A stretch of DNA of 64,000 nucleotides from the NCBI GenBank assembly GCA_002269645.1, contig NIVC01002487.1:1-64000 (forward strand), read 5' to 3'. Origin of the DNA: Macrostomum lignano (lineage: Eukaryota). Below the pieces are notes generated by a model that was not told the DNA's origin, ran no database searches, and worked only from the letters and a program-made list of their open reading frames with translations. Within the stretch, counting starts at the first letter, position 1. The number at the start of each line of letters is the position of its first letter. Shown here piece after piece: positions 52,821-64,000 of this stretch. Both the position numbers and the translations under genes were made by a program.

Positions 52821-55800
52821 CAGACAGACAGACACAAACAGACAGACACACAGACAGACAGACAGACACACAGACAGACACAAACAGACAGACACAAACA
52901 GACAGACAGACACACAGAAGCGGCACTTACGGAGCGGGGCAGCAGCATTGAGGTGAGGCGGGAGGTGAAGCTCTCCGACCGTTTAACCGGACGCGGCGGT
53001 GGCCGGCTGTTTTGCTGCTTCTGTTCGGCGGATTGCGGCGCAGAAAAAGCAGAAGAATTCGATGCGGAAGAAGACAAAACAGCCGAAAAAGATTGCGGCA
53101 GAGAAGGCGGAGACGGCCGGGTCTTCAAGCAGCGCGGGCAGACAACTGCGGCGCGAGAAGCTGGGAAAGCTTCATCGCTGGGATTAACCGCTACAGAAGT
53201 TTTACCTTCCTTATTTGGCATGATCTGCTTTTGGACAGATTAAATAGAAAGCTGCAGAATCTCTCGATTTAAACGGGACTGAAGTTTTGCGTCTGTGTGT
53301 CCCGGCAGCCAGTCGCCCCTCCGCCAGCTTTTATCCCCTTTCTATACAGCCAGCTGACTGTGCAGGTCGGAGAGACAGAAAAAACGGGAAGACACCGAAG
53401 AAAGAAATGATGTAGAAGCCTTGCCCAGCAACACCCTCACTCTAACTGAATCTGGTGCAGGTAAAAAAAGTTGCACGCAGAAACCCACCATCTGGCTCTT
53501 GTTGGACCTGCACGGTTCGAACATTCGGGCCCAATAACGGTAGCCCCACCCCCTGCAGCTCCCCTCCACCTTCTTCGCCATTCTAAATTATCCCCAACTA
53601 CCTTAGCAACACCCCCTGTACAACGGGAAAGATTTTCCCTATAAACCTTATGCCTATGAAGTTGGAGAGAGGAAGAGAGAAACGTCAAGGAGATAAGATA
53701 AGCGATCCGGATATGAAAGGTAAACGAAGGGAAACTTTGGGCTTAGTAGAGCTTTTATATGCTTGTATGTGTAACGGATTCTAACACGTGTTTTCAATTA
53801 ATATGCGTGAGCCAGTCAGTCAGTCAGTCAGTCAGTCAGTCAGTCAGTCAGTCAGTCAGTCAGTCAGCCAGTCAGTCAGTCAGTCAGTCAGTCAGTCAGT
53901 CAGTCAGTCAGTCAGTCAGTCAGTCAGTCAGTCAGTCAGTCAGTCAGTCAGTCAGTCAGTCAGTCAGTCAGTCAGTCAGTCAGTCAGTCAGTCAGTCAGT
54001 CAGTCAGTCAGTCAGTCAGTCAGTCAGTCAGTCAGTCAGTCAGTCAGTCAGTCAGTCAGTCAGTCAGTCAGTCAGTCAGTCAGTCAGTCAGTCAGTCAGT
54101 CAGTCAGTCAGTCAGTCAGTCAGTCAGTCAGTCAGTCAGTCAGTCAGTCAGTCAGTCAGTCAGTCAGTCAGTCAGTCAGTCAGTCAGTCAGTCAGTCAGT
54201 CAGTCAGTCAGTCAGTCAGTCAGTCAGTCAGTCAGTCAGTCAGTCAGTCAGTCAGTCAGTCAGTCAGTCAGTCAGCAGAGTAGAACTGCTCTGCCCCCTG
54301 ACACTTCGCACAGGCTATTCAAATGCACAAGTCCAAGTCGAAGAGTCTCTGATAACATTTCAGTAAACGGATTAATAATAAAATTATTCCAAAAACAACT
54401 GATTCGCAAACAATGAATAGTTAGCCAAACTAAAAGAAGAAAATGCCTGCAATATAAAAGCATAGAAACAGTAGCTATGAAGCAAAACCGATGAACGAGA
54501 TGGATGGAAAAGCACAGAGCAACAGGCCTAGCAAGCGGAACAGCAATGTTTGCTGTATATAAATATTTATACCGAGTCCCATGCGGATAAAAGTGGAGCA
54601 TAGGCTTAAAAGGTTTACAGCTTATTCATTCTATTCTAGGACTTTACAAGTGCCCAACAACATCATAGTATTAAACCAACCGCCCTGTTGAGCGAGGACG
54701 CGGTTCATTCATTCTCATTTTTTCAAGAGTTGCTGCCCTTTATACACACCGCAAATTTAGCGATTGAATGTCCACTTAAAGCTCCACAAAAAAAGCAATC
54801 ACGTGGCTGACTGATCCTCAATCTCGTCTCCGACACGTACTCGCTCCCTACTTCATCCCCAAGCTCTGCCAATGCAAACAAAGTTCATGGCATGTTTCCA
54901 AGCGTTATATGAACTGCTGCTATAGGATTTATTACAATACGGTAGCTTAAAGGACTTATTGATCACTAGAAGGAATATAAAATAGAGAAATGTAAAATGT
55001 TCTATGAAGAACTGATACTTTCTTCGTAGCGAGATTAGAATTTCTGCGATTGATATGAGGGTTGCTGCGATCGATATGGAGGTTGCTGCGATCGATATGG
55101 GTGGGGGTTGCTGCGATCGATATTGGGGTTGCTGCGATCGATATGGGTGGGGGTTGCTGCGATCGATATGGGTGGGGGTTGCTGCGATCGATATGGGTGG
55201 GGGTTGCTGCGATCGATATGGGTGGGGGTTGCTGCGATCGATATGGGTGGGGGTTGCTGCGATCGATATTGGGGTTGCTGCGATCGATATGGGTGGGGGT
55301 TGCTGCGATCGATATGGGGGTTGCTACGACCGATATGGGTGGGGGTTGCTGCGATCGATACTGGGGGTTGCTTCAATCGATATGGGGGCCACTTCGATCG
55401 ATACTGGGATGTTGCTGCAATTGTGATTGAAATTTCTGCTTTTCTGAAGCCTCTAAGATCTTAGATGGAGGTTAATTTATAAATTTAATTTTTTTCTGAG
55501 ACTAAGATTAGGGGGTTACAATAATCGACGCAATGGAGTTTCTAAATTGAAACACAGGCATCGAGAGAGTACAGACATGCCTGACGATTAGAAAGTCAAA
55601 GGGCCCGCTGTACACCCTGTGTGAGCGTGTGTATTCGAGTGCGCGCCTAAGTACAGTATTGGCGCGCATTTATGCGTGCTCAGGTGTCAGCGGAATAAGC
55701 AGAATTGCCTCAGCGCTGGGCATAACCCACTTTATGTAAACTTCGAGCAACCTGCTGGCCAAGCGCCACTCACCCAGCTGGTGTACTCCTTAACCTCGTG

Positions 55801-56742
55801 GTTGAGCGTGTGCCCGCCAGCAGTCACCCCGGTCCAGAAGCACTCCTGGCACAGATTAAACGAACCGATGCACTGTTGGCATTTGTACCGAAAGCCCAAT
55901 ATCGGCTCCTGGCCGCACACCGAGCACCTCACTGGATGGCTGGCGGTAGTCTGCAGCCGATGAAATGTCGTCAGCCAGAGCAGCGGCTGTGGAGCGGCGT
56001 CTTCGGCTAGAAGAATTTCCAAGAAATGCAACAGACCGGCGCACTGAGACAGAAAGCAGCAGGTGTCCGGCTGGTAATAGAAATTATTCTGTTCGAATAC
56101 TCCGGCAGGTAAGGATAGCAGTTCGATGGTGTAAGCCTGGGCTTTAGTGCGATCTAGCACCCCAGTAACCGGGTCGCATATGAGCGTGAAATGATAGCGC
56201 AATTTATCAATAGGCTTAGCGTTGCACAGTACAGACATGGCCACTTTAGCGCCTAGTGCGGTCATTCGCTGGCCGAAGCCGAACTGCGATCTGGCAAACA
56301 GCCAAGCGTGCAGCATGCCGGCCAGTTCCTGCAGGTAGTTCTCGTGAGCGCCGGCCACTTCGGCTGAGTTGGCCAGCCCGAGCCGCTTGTTCAACTGATC
56401 GTACAGGGTGCATAGCAACTGTTCGAGCTGTTCCGGGCTCAGCTCGGCATCATATTCGAGCACGTGAAAATGGGCCAGTCTGAAGCATTCGATCAAGGTG
56501 TACAGGTCAACCAGGTGGAGGCTGACTCGACGTTGGATGAAGCGCAGTTTCATTGCTGTTCGATAGGCGGCGAAACGGATGCGATCTAGCTGGGACTGTT
56601 CTGTTTGAGTTGCATGAGGATAGAACGCTAATTGCAGATCCAACTAAAACTATTACTTTAAAATTAAATAGGGTTTTGAAAAAACCTGCTACTTACTTAA
56701 ATCCTGCAGTAGCTTTTTGTAGTACACGGATGATGATGTCAT
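44798..56742 (-). CDS. DTNA: Dystrobrevin (EF-hand region, ZZ zinc finger, coiled coils)
   Basis: In-phase exons 56742-56697, 56600-55774, 53020-52931, 49748-49400, 46550-46208 and 45524-44798. Motifs: [48 protein letters not shown]...GFRYKCQQC...LCQECFW...[22 protein letters not shown], coiled coil [15 protein letters not shown]. There is no WW domain or spectrin repeat. Alpha versus beta paralog cannot be assigned. Confidence 0.92.
45570..45980. repeat. 19-20-bp intronic tandem repeat (TTTCTAAGAATGACGTCTG)
   Basis: About 20 degenerate copies. Confidence 0.88.
46575..48228 (+). repeat. 33-bp tandem repeat built on a tRNA T-arm/B-box (GGTAGGGTGTCAGAGGGCCCGGGTTCGATTCCA)
   Basis: About 48 copies, each with GGGTT(C/T)GATTCC. 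Lies in a dystrobrevin intron, on the opposite strand. Confidence 0.93.
48650..49382. repeat. 30-bp intronic tandem repeat (TAGTCATCCCAAATCTCCCAGATTCCCTTC)
   Basis: About 24 copies starting about 18 bp from the 49400 splice donor. Confidence 0.93.
49810..50340. repeat. 20-bp intronic tandem repeat (AGGCGCCAAATTGTCCACTA)
   Basis: About 20 copies, degenerating rightwards. Confidence 0.88.
51105..51390. repeat. ~20-bp degenerate repeat (GGGGAATTCTATTGAAACTT) with an internal ~100-bp duplication
   Basis: 51131-51230 is repeated at 51231-51330. Confidence 0.8.
51889..52281. mobile_element. MITE-like element with ~48-bp TIRs (possible TA TSD)
   Basis: 51885-51936 is the reverse complement of 52234-52285 with 1 mismatch. 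There is an internal ~95-bp direct duplication. Confidence 0.68.
52655..52915. repeat. (CAGA)n/(CA)n microsatellite
   Basis: Directly adjacent to the 52931 donor. Confidence 0.92.
53813..54275. repeat. Near-perfect (CAGT)n microsatellite, ~115 units
   Basis: One interruption near 53868. Confidence 0.97.
55063..55410. repeat. 21/25-bp tandem repeat (GTTGCTGCGATCGATATGGGTGGGG)
   Basis: About 14 copies, intronic. Confidence 0.9.
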
Positions 56743-57783
56743 GGTGGACCAGAGAGAGATTCCCTGCCCTGAAATAATTCATACCATAAATTATCTGTGA
56801 TAAATTCGGTGAAAGCTAAAGTCTTTCTCTAAATTTAAAAATTATATTTGTATACAAGTTGCAAAAAATTGAAATCATAAAAGACATATGTTAATATCAC
56901 GGTTGTAATAAAGTTAAACCTTAGCAGTAAAATTGATCTTTACAATTTATATTTTTCATTGTCATTATTTATGAATAAAATGTACTTTAATGATATTAAA
57001 CAGTAAACACAAAAAGTACAAATTATTTTATATATTTTTGCTGCTTAAAATGATATAAAACTTTTAGAAATTAGTTTTAGAAATCTCTAGGCCTGCTATG
57101 GAATTATTAGTAGACCATAGTTCATAGCTTAGAGTACAAATAATGAAAGACAAATTCCATCTAAGAAATTAAAAATCACATAGAAGTAATGCTATCTTGA
57201 TTTTAGTTTAATTGTGAATTTTATTTCATAGATTTTATAACAAAAATTACCAACAAACTATCTATAAAACATGCTATTTCTTATTTTAGGATTTATGCCT
57301 AGGCTAAAAAATATTATAATACAATGTATCAAAGGTAGACCTAGAGTATAAAGGCCAAGGGGACTAAGGACCCATTTGCTATGGCCAGAAATAGATCATA
57401 ATTTCTTTGGCTTGTATTTTTTACCTTATTTTGCCTGTTCTAGTTGATTGGTATAGCTTGCCTCCCCAGAAAAAACTTTTTAGGTAGGTCCAAGTCCACC
57501 CTTAATTACCAAAAATTTTTTATTTAACCTAAGCCAAGATATTTCTTTGTCAATTGAAGTCTAAGTTAAATAAAGAACGCTTAAATTTTTTTCAGCTAGA
57601 TCTTCATATGTTAGCTAATAGCTATTATCTAGTCGAAAAACTAGAAAATTAGGAATAGATTGTGATATTATTATTGTCATTGAGTCCTTTGCTCAAAAAT
57701 TTTGGATAATTAAAGAGTATTCAAAAAGCGCAATATTCGCATCAAAATTTTTAAAAATCATGCTATGACTAAACCTGTGGTTC

Positions 57784-58150
57784 AGGGGGGGGGGGGCGTA
57801 GCCCAGCGGTCTAGCGCAGGCTCTTGTGTGCCAGCGACCCATGCTCGATTCCAATTGCAGTCACATTAATTTGGGGCTGAATTGGAATCTCGGCTTGGCT
57901 CTGCTCGTGCAATTAACGGCCTTGAGAGCCAACCCCCCCAAGGCGCAGTGAAGTGTACATGCCTAACGATAAAATAAAGTTTAGGGCCGCTGTACACTCC
58001 TGTGTGAGTGTGTGACTGCGTACGTATCCGCGCGCTTGTATGCCTGCTCAGGGGAGTCGGTGGAATGGGCAATAATGCTTCTCGCCGGTTGTGTGCCTAT
58101 GTCGCTTAAAGTGCGCCAGAGTGCACACAACCCCTCTGCCTCTAATAAAA
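57784..58150 (+). mobile_element. Full-length tRNA-derived SINE (family 2) with a 13-bp TSD
   Basis: A-box-like GCGTAGCCCAGCGGTCTAGCGC, B-box-like GCTCGATTCC and an A-rich tail. The perfect direct repeat AAACCTGTGGTTC lies at 57771-57783 and 58151-58163. Confidence 0.88.
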
Positions 58151-58748
58151 AAACCTGTGGTTCTAACTAGACACAAAAGACTTCAGCACTTAGCAAATCG
58201 TTGAGGCGCGATAACTCAATTTGAGATATTTAAGTCTTTCGTAGAAAAATGTAGTTTTGAAATCTATACTTATTTGCTTGTTCAAGAATTTGTCTTGTAA
58301 ATAAAGAGTTAAAAAATATTTTTATTCAACTTGTAGTTATTTACCTTTTGGACAATTTAACATTTTGAGAAAGTTGTTTTATTACTTTTTGAGGAAATTT
58401 GCTTTCCAAGAAATGTTTCTAAATAATAATAATTAATAATTAATAATAATAATTACCAAGTAGACTACACTGCTTTAACTGTATTCGTATCTGAAGTCCG
58501 TGTTTGTTTAATTTTTAATTAAAATATTGATTTTTAGCATACATTTATTATTATTATTACTAATGCATCTGCATTTTGTATAGTCTATAGAATCTGTTTC
58601 ACTGTTTGACTGTCTTCTGTCTGCCTTAGGCTTAGGCCTATTTTTTGCTTTCCGAACAAGCCTAGCAGTAAGCCCTTGCAGGTTTGTTTTTGCTGTCATT
58701 GTCTTAAAACCGAATAAACTAGTCTATCTACATAGATAGCATTTCCAT

Positions 58749-61700
58749 ATGCCTATTGATTCTAGAATGCAGAGTTTTGAAATAGGCATCAACCTGCGAG
58801 TAACAGAATGCATGAATCAGGGTATGCGTGCATACATGGAAGATTTTGCAACGTATTACTTTGAAAAGTGCCCAGACAAGCCTGAATCTGATCGCATTAA
58901 ATTTGCCTACTTTGGTGTTTTTGATGGTCATGGTGGAGCTGAAGCAGCTAAATTTGCTAAGTCTCATCTATTGAGTGAAATAAAGAAGATTGATGGCTTT
59001 TGGTCAAATGATGACAATGCTGTTCTTGAAGCTATAAGACAAGGCTTCATTAATACCCACAAAGCAATGTGGAATGAGCGAGGTAAGCTCTATACTAATT
59101 TTTAATTTTTGTTTAAAAAATGCCAATAGGCCTAGCATTGGCCAAATCTTTTTGGCTAAATCTTTTTGCATTTTATAAGGCTTATTTTAAGATATAAAAA
59201 TGTTAGTTCCAATCAATAGACAATTGCTTGTTTGTCTTTTCCTCACTTTTTTCTTTAACCTTTATGTACATAACACTGGCCTGTTCACACGCACTCCTTC
59301 GAATAAACTTTTTCTTGACCACATCATGGAGCTAAGATCCGCAGCTTTCATTTGAATCAAGTTACAATTAAAACGGACTGAAATTATGTCTGCTAGAAGA
59401 CATCGTAGCAAGGGTTTGGGAACTTTTGACAGATAGTATATTATGATGTATTAATGTATTATTCCTTTTCTATTGTTCTTCTTTCTTCTAACTGCCTATA
59501 AATCTATTACAATTATTTCCCTAATTTATCCTAAAAATAGCAACTAATCTACCCCAAAAATTGCCAATTCTAATGAACAATCACCTTCAAATTGCTGAGG
59601 CTAACTATGAGGTCCCAAATCTATTGAAAGAATTGCTGCAAATCCACCCTAGAAATAGCCCTAAATTCACTAAAAAACTCTAATTTATTACAATTATTGC
59701 TAAGACTCACTCACTAAAATTGCCCTTATAGATCCCAAGAATCATCCTTAATTCTTCATTACAATCGCTCTTAATCCCCCATTGGAATCACCCTAATCCA
59801 CCCCAATAATCATTCTAATCCACCTTAAGAAGAATCACTCTAATCCACCTTAAGAAGAATCACTCTAATCCACCCCAATAATCACTCCCAACCCACCAGG
59901 AATCGCCCCTAATCTCCCCATTTGAATCACTAATCCACCACAACAATCACTCTAATCCACCACAAGAATCACTCTAATCCACTCAGAAATCGCCTCTAAT
60001 CTTCCCATTTGAATCACTGTAATCCACCTCAAGAATCGCCCCTAATCCCCCAAATAGAATTGGCTTTGATCCACCCCAGGAATTGCCCTTAATCTCCCTT
60101 TAGAATCGCCCTTGATCCCCACTAGAATCACCGCTTAGAGTCCCCATGAACCGAGCTGAACTCTTAAATGCGGAAGAATATTTCTTGACCAATTTAGAAT
60201 CTCTATAAAAATCAAGCTTAAGATAGGCTAACATAGTTAACCAATCAATGTTGAATAGCCACAGAGTCACGTGACGCACCCACAATTGTCCCCTACAACA
60301 ACCCGCCAGGCAACTGGGCCAAGACTTCGCGCGGTTTAGACAGCACAGCCGGCACCACAGCCTCCATTGCTATTGTGCGCAATCGCAAGCTCTACACTGG
60401 CCACGTTGGCGACTCGGCCATTGTGCTGGGCTGTCGGGACACCCGCGAACAATCCCGCGATCTGTGGCACGCTCAAGCACTCACGGTTGAGCACAAGCCG
60501 TCAAACCCGAAGGAGCGAGAGCGTATCGAACGGGCCGGCGGCAGTCTGATGCGCAAAGGCGGCGTCTATCGGGTTGTGTGGCGCCGGCCAGCTCAGTCGA
60601 GCGGCGCCGATTCGTCTCCTCAGCAACAGCAGCAGCGCCAGTTATTTGAATCGGTGCCATTCCTAGCCGTAGCCCGTTCCCTGGGCGATTTATGGTCCTA
60701 CGATAAAAACTCTTCGGAATTCCACGTTTCCCCAGAGCCGGACGTGCAGTGCATCAATTTGGATTATAGCAAGCACAAGTGCCTCATATTGGGTTCCGAC
60801 GGATTGTGGAATATGGTTGCCCCCGATAGCGCCGTTGAGATGGTGCACATCTGCGAGAGATCCACAGAGAATAAGGTATTGTTATTGGAATTTGCTTTGT
60901 TTATATAAGATTTCTATAAGAAAATGGGTCTGTATTCTAAGAAACAGAGCTGCTATTTCAAGAAATTGGGTCTGTATTCTAAGAAACAGAGCTTCTTTTC
61001 CGAAAACTGGGTCTGTATTCTAAGAAACAGAGCTGCTATTTCAAGAAATTGGGTCTGTATTCTAACAAACAGAGCTTCTTCTCCGAAAACTGGGTCTGTA
61101 TTCTAAGAAACAGAGCTGCTATTCCAAAAAACTGGGTCTGTATTCTAAGAAACAGAGCTACTATTCCAAGAAACTGGGTCTGTATTCTAACAAACAGAGC
61201 TTCTTTTCCGAAAACTGGGTCTGTTTTCTAAGAAACAGAGCTTCTTTTCCGAAAACTGGGTCTGTATTCTAAGAAACAGAGCTGCTATTCCAAAAAACTG
61301 GGTCTGTATTCTAAGAAACAGAGCTTCTATTCCAAGAAACTGGGTCTGTATTCTAAGAAACAGAGCTTCTATTCCAAGAAACTGGGTCTGTATTCTAAGA
61401 AACGGAGCTGCTATTCCAAGAAACTGGGTCTGTATTCTAAGAAACAGAGCTGCTATTCCAAGAAATTGGGTTTGTATTATTTAACTCAAGAAACCGAGTT
61501 ACTGTTCTAAGAAACCCGGACACAATTTTAACAAATTAAATATCCATTTAAAAAAGCGGGGACCATTTTAAGAAACAAAGTTTCTGTTTAAGAATTAAGA
61601 GACAAAGACATTCAGAGATTAAACCTCTTTGTCTGCCGCCCTCCCTGCCGCAGGTATTCACCGACCCGGACGTGCCGCAGAATTTCTTTTACAATCCAAG

Positions 61701-62538
61701 CGGCAGCCTGGTTCAGATGGCGATGCAACGCTGGATGCGAGCCGACCTGCGGGCTGACAACATCACCGCTCTGGTGGTGATGCTGGACCCGCCGGGCAGG
61801 CCCATGTCGCAGCTGCGCAGCGAACAGCGCGACTTGACGCTAGCCAGGCTGGGACTGCAGCGAGAGTCGCCGACTGTAGTTGAAGGCGGCTTCTCAGACG
61901 ATGCCGAACGACAGCAGAGTCAGCAGCAGCAGCCGCTTCGCCTGCACGATCTGTTGGTCCAGTGCGACAAATGGCAGAACGCCAACAGGCCCGGCGCCAA
62001 TGCTCACGGCCACGCCAGGCACGCGCCGGCAGCCGCCGTCGAGCCGAGCGGCAAGCTGACTGGCCAGGCAATGGTGAAACGGCAGGCCGGCAGCGATCGG
62101 ACCCTGTTCTCGCCCGGCTTCAAACGTTCCCCGGCTCCGCCCCCGTTGTCGGGCTCGGCGACAGCGTCGGCTCCAGCATCGCAGGCTGCTGGCGTCAGCT
62201 TCTACCTGCCAACGACTCCAACAATTGATTCTACTTCTCCGTCGGCAAAGCGGCAGACTCGATCTACCGCGGCGTCTCCTGCTGCTGCTGCTGCCGCCGC
62301 CGCGCCGTCAAGTCCTGCTGGTAAAAAGCAGCAGAAACAGCAAAAGCAAAAGCAGCAACAATTGCAGCTGAAAAAGTCCGGCTCTGCCGCTGCTGCTGCT
62401 ACTGCTGCTGCTGCTTCCACTTCTGCAACACCGGTTGCTGCTAAACGCCGGCGCCTGTCAATGGGCTCCTCGGTGCCGGGAGCTTCGGCTGTTGAAAGCT
62501 GTTTAAAACGGCTTCGTAAGCGAAAGAGTGTGCGCTAA
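58749..62538 (+). CDS. PPM1D: Protein phosphatase 1D (Wip1, PP2C family)
   Basis: In-phase exons 58749-59082, 60310-60875 and 61654-62538. Motifs: NQGMRAYMED, FGVFDGHGG, TAGTTAS, GHVGDSAIVLG, HKPSNPKERERIERAGG, RVVWRRP, PFLAVARSLGDLWSY, LILGSDGLWN, RADNIT, followed by a disordered basic tail. Confidence 0.93.
59740..60130. repeat. Degenerate intronic repeat (AATCACTCTAATCCACC / AATCGCCCCTAATCTCC)
   Basis: Recurring motif in PPM1D intron 1. Confidence 0.7.
60920..61470. repeat. 42-bp intronic tandem repeat (GAAACTGGGTCTGTATTCTAAGAAACAGAGCTGCTATTCCAA)
   Basis: About 13 copies in PPM1D intron 2. Confidence 0.92.
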
Positions 62539-62734
62539 CGGTTTCCCGGACTTCTGCTGCTAATCGTAATAATGTTTTTTTAACTTTTGTCTATTGCATT
62601 CATTCTATCGCGTTACAATACAGCTTTCTGCTTTCTGCAATAATATTTGCTTCTGTTGGGCCTAGCGGAACAGTGGAAATGCAAAACAGGAGTTTGACGC
62701 ATCCTGATTGCTATAGCCAAGTTTTATGATTGCA

Positions 62735-63430
62735 ACGATTCTAGGGGAGGTTTGGGGGCGATTCTAGGGGAGGTTTGGGGGCGATTCTAGGGGAGGTTTG
62801 GGGGCGATTCTAGGGGAGGTTTGGGGGCGATTCTAGGGGAGGTTTGGGGGCGATTCTAGGGGAGGTTTGGGGGCGATTCTAGGGGAGGTTTGGGGGCGAT
62901 TCTAGGGGAGGTTTGGGGCGATTCTAGGGGAGGTTTGGGGGCGATTCTAGGGGAGGTCTAGGGGCGATTCTAGGGGAGGTCTAGGGGCGATTCTAGGGGA
63001 GGTTTGGGGGCGATTCTAGGGGAGGTTTGGGGGCGATTCTAGGGGAGGTTTAGGGGCGATTCTAGGGGAGGTTTGGGGGCGATTCTAGGGGAGGTTTGGG
63101 GGCGATTCTAGGGAGGTTTAGGGGCGATTCTAGGGGAGGTTTAGGGGCGATTCTAGGGGAGGTTTAGGGGCGATTCTAGGGGAGGTCTAGGGGCGATTCT
63201 AGGGGAGGTTTAGGGGCGATTCTATCCATTGATTAGGTGCGATTCTATCTATTGATTAGGAGCGATTCTATCTATTGATTAGGAGCATTCTAAGAGTGGA
63301 TTAGTGGTGATTCTAGGGGAGGTTTAGGTGCGATTCTATCCATTGATTAGGTGCGATTCTATCTATTGATTAGGAGCATTCTAAGAGTGGATTAGTGGTG
63401 ATTCTAGGGGAGGTTTAGGTGCGATTCTAA
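62735..63430. repeat. 23-bp G-rich tandem repeat (GATTCTAGGGGAGGTTTGGGGGC)
   Basis: About 21 regular copies to ~63225, then degenerate units. Confidence 0.93.
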
Positions 63431-64000
63431 TGGTTTTATACGTCGTTTATGAGCGTTTTTTATATACTGTGTATCGAAGTAATCTGGGTTGCCATTCTTT
63501 TTACTCTCCGTTTTGCGTTTCCACTGTTTATTAAAATAAAAATATTGAAATGGTTTAATGCCTTGAATATCTAAAACATGTTTAATTGTTTAATTAACGA
63601 AAACACTTAATGAAAATTACCGGGATAAACTCATAACTTAGTTAAATACTAATTAATAATTAAGAGGCGTCTGATTCAATATTTTGTCTATGGCCGAAAC
63701 CAAATGGCTTGGCATTTAATTTATTTAACGGGGCACAAAATTCCTCATTTACATAATTGTAGTTTAATTGTGCAAATTGAATCTTATGCGTTACTTACTA
63801 CTTACAGTAGTTTGCTATATCAGTGTTTTAGTTAATGTATTTTTGTTTTAATGTAATCTAAAAATATCAACTATCAGTTTTGTTTTACCTGTTGTCTGCG
63901 TTTTTATCTTTAGGTTGTAATAATTTATGCTAAGAGTTATTTATTGCTGTAAATATTAATTTGCTTTATGTATCCTTTTTTAGTTTGAATCTTTACAGTA

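Overview
This is eukaryotic, intron-rich metazoan DNA, not prokaryotic. GC-rich exons alternate with AT-rich introns packed with 16-44 bp minisatellites, which is most consistent with a free-living flatworm of the Macrostomum type (inference). Gene models were assembled by hand from GT-AG sites and phase checks. Recognisable genes: 3' part of ubinuclein (+, 186-3755), a DEG/ENaC channel with atypical gating motifs (-, 6197-9004), cytosolic phospholipase A2 with a long C-terminal tail (-, 13035-20710), dystrobrevin (-, 44798-56742) and PPM1D/Wip1 (+, 58749-62538). Two apparent neuropeptide prohormones are the most striking observations. One is a single-exon precursor of six GYNYLRDAMLS peptides that looks like a 39-bp minisatellite (-, 22974-23369). 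The other is a two-exon precursor ending KR-HSGTMSMKKIRTMFDMLRT-G-stop, i.e. a predicted amidated peptide, whose second exon is missing from the ORF track (+, 33590-34428). Two orphan genes are also present: a two-pass membrane protein and a 4-exon low-complexity protein. Mobile DNA: a dead mariner interrupted by a hAT-type MITE, further MITEs, a foldback element with a telomere-like core, and two tRNA-derived SINE families. One intronic array is about 48 copies of a tRNA T-arm/B-box. Most long ORFs in the track are artefacts of tandem repeats. No CRISPR, rRNA or intact tRNA gene was found.
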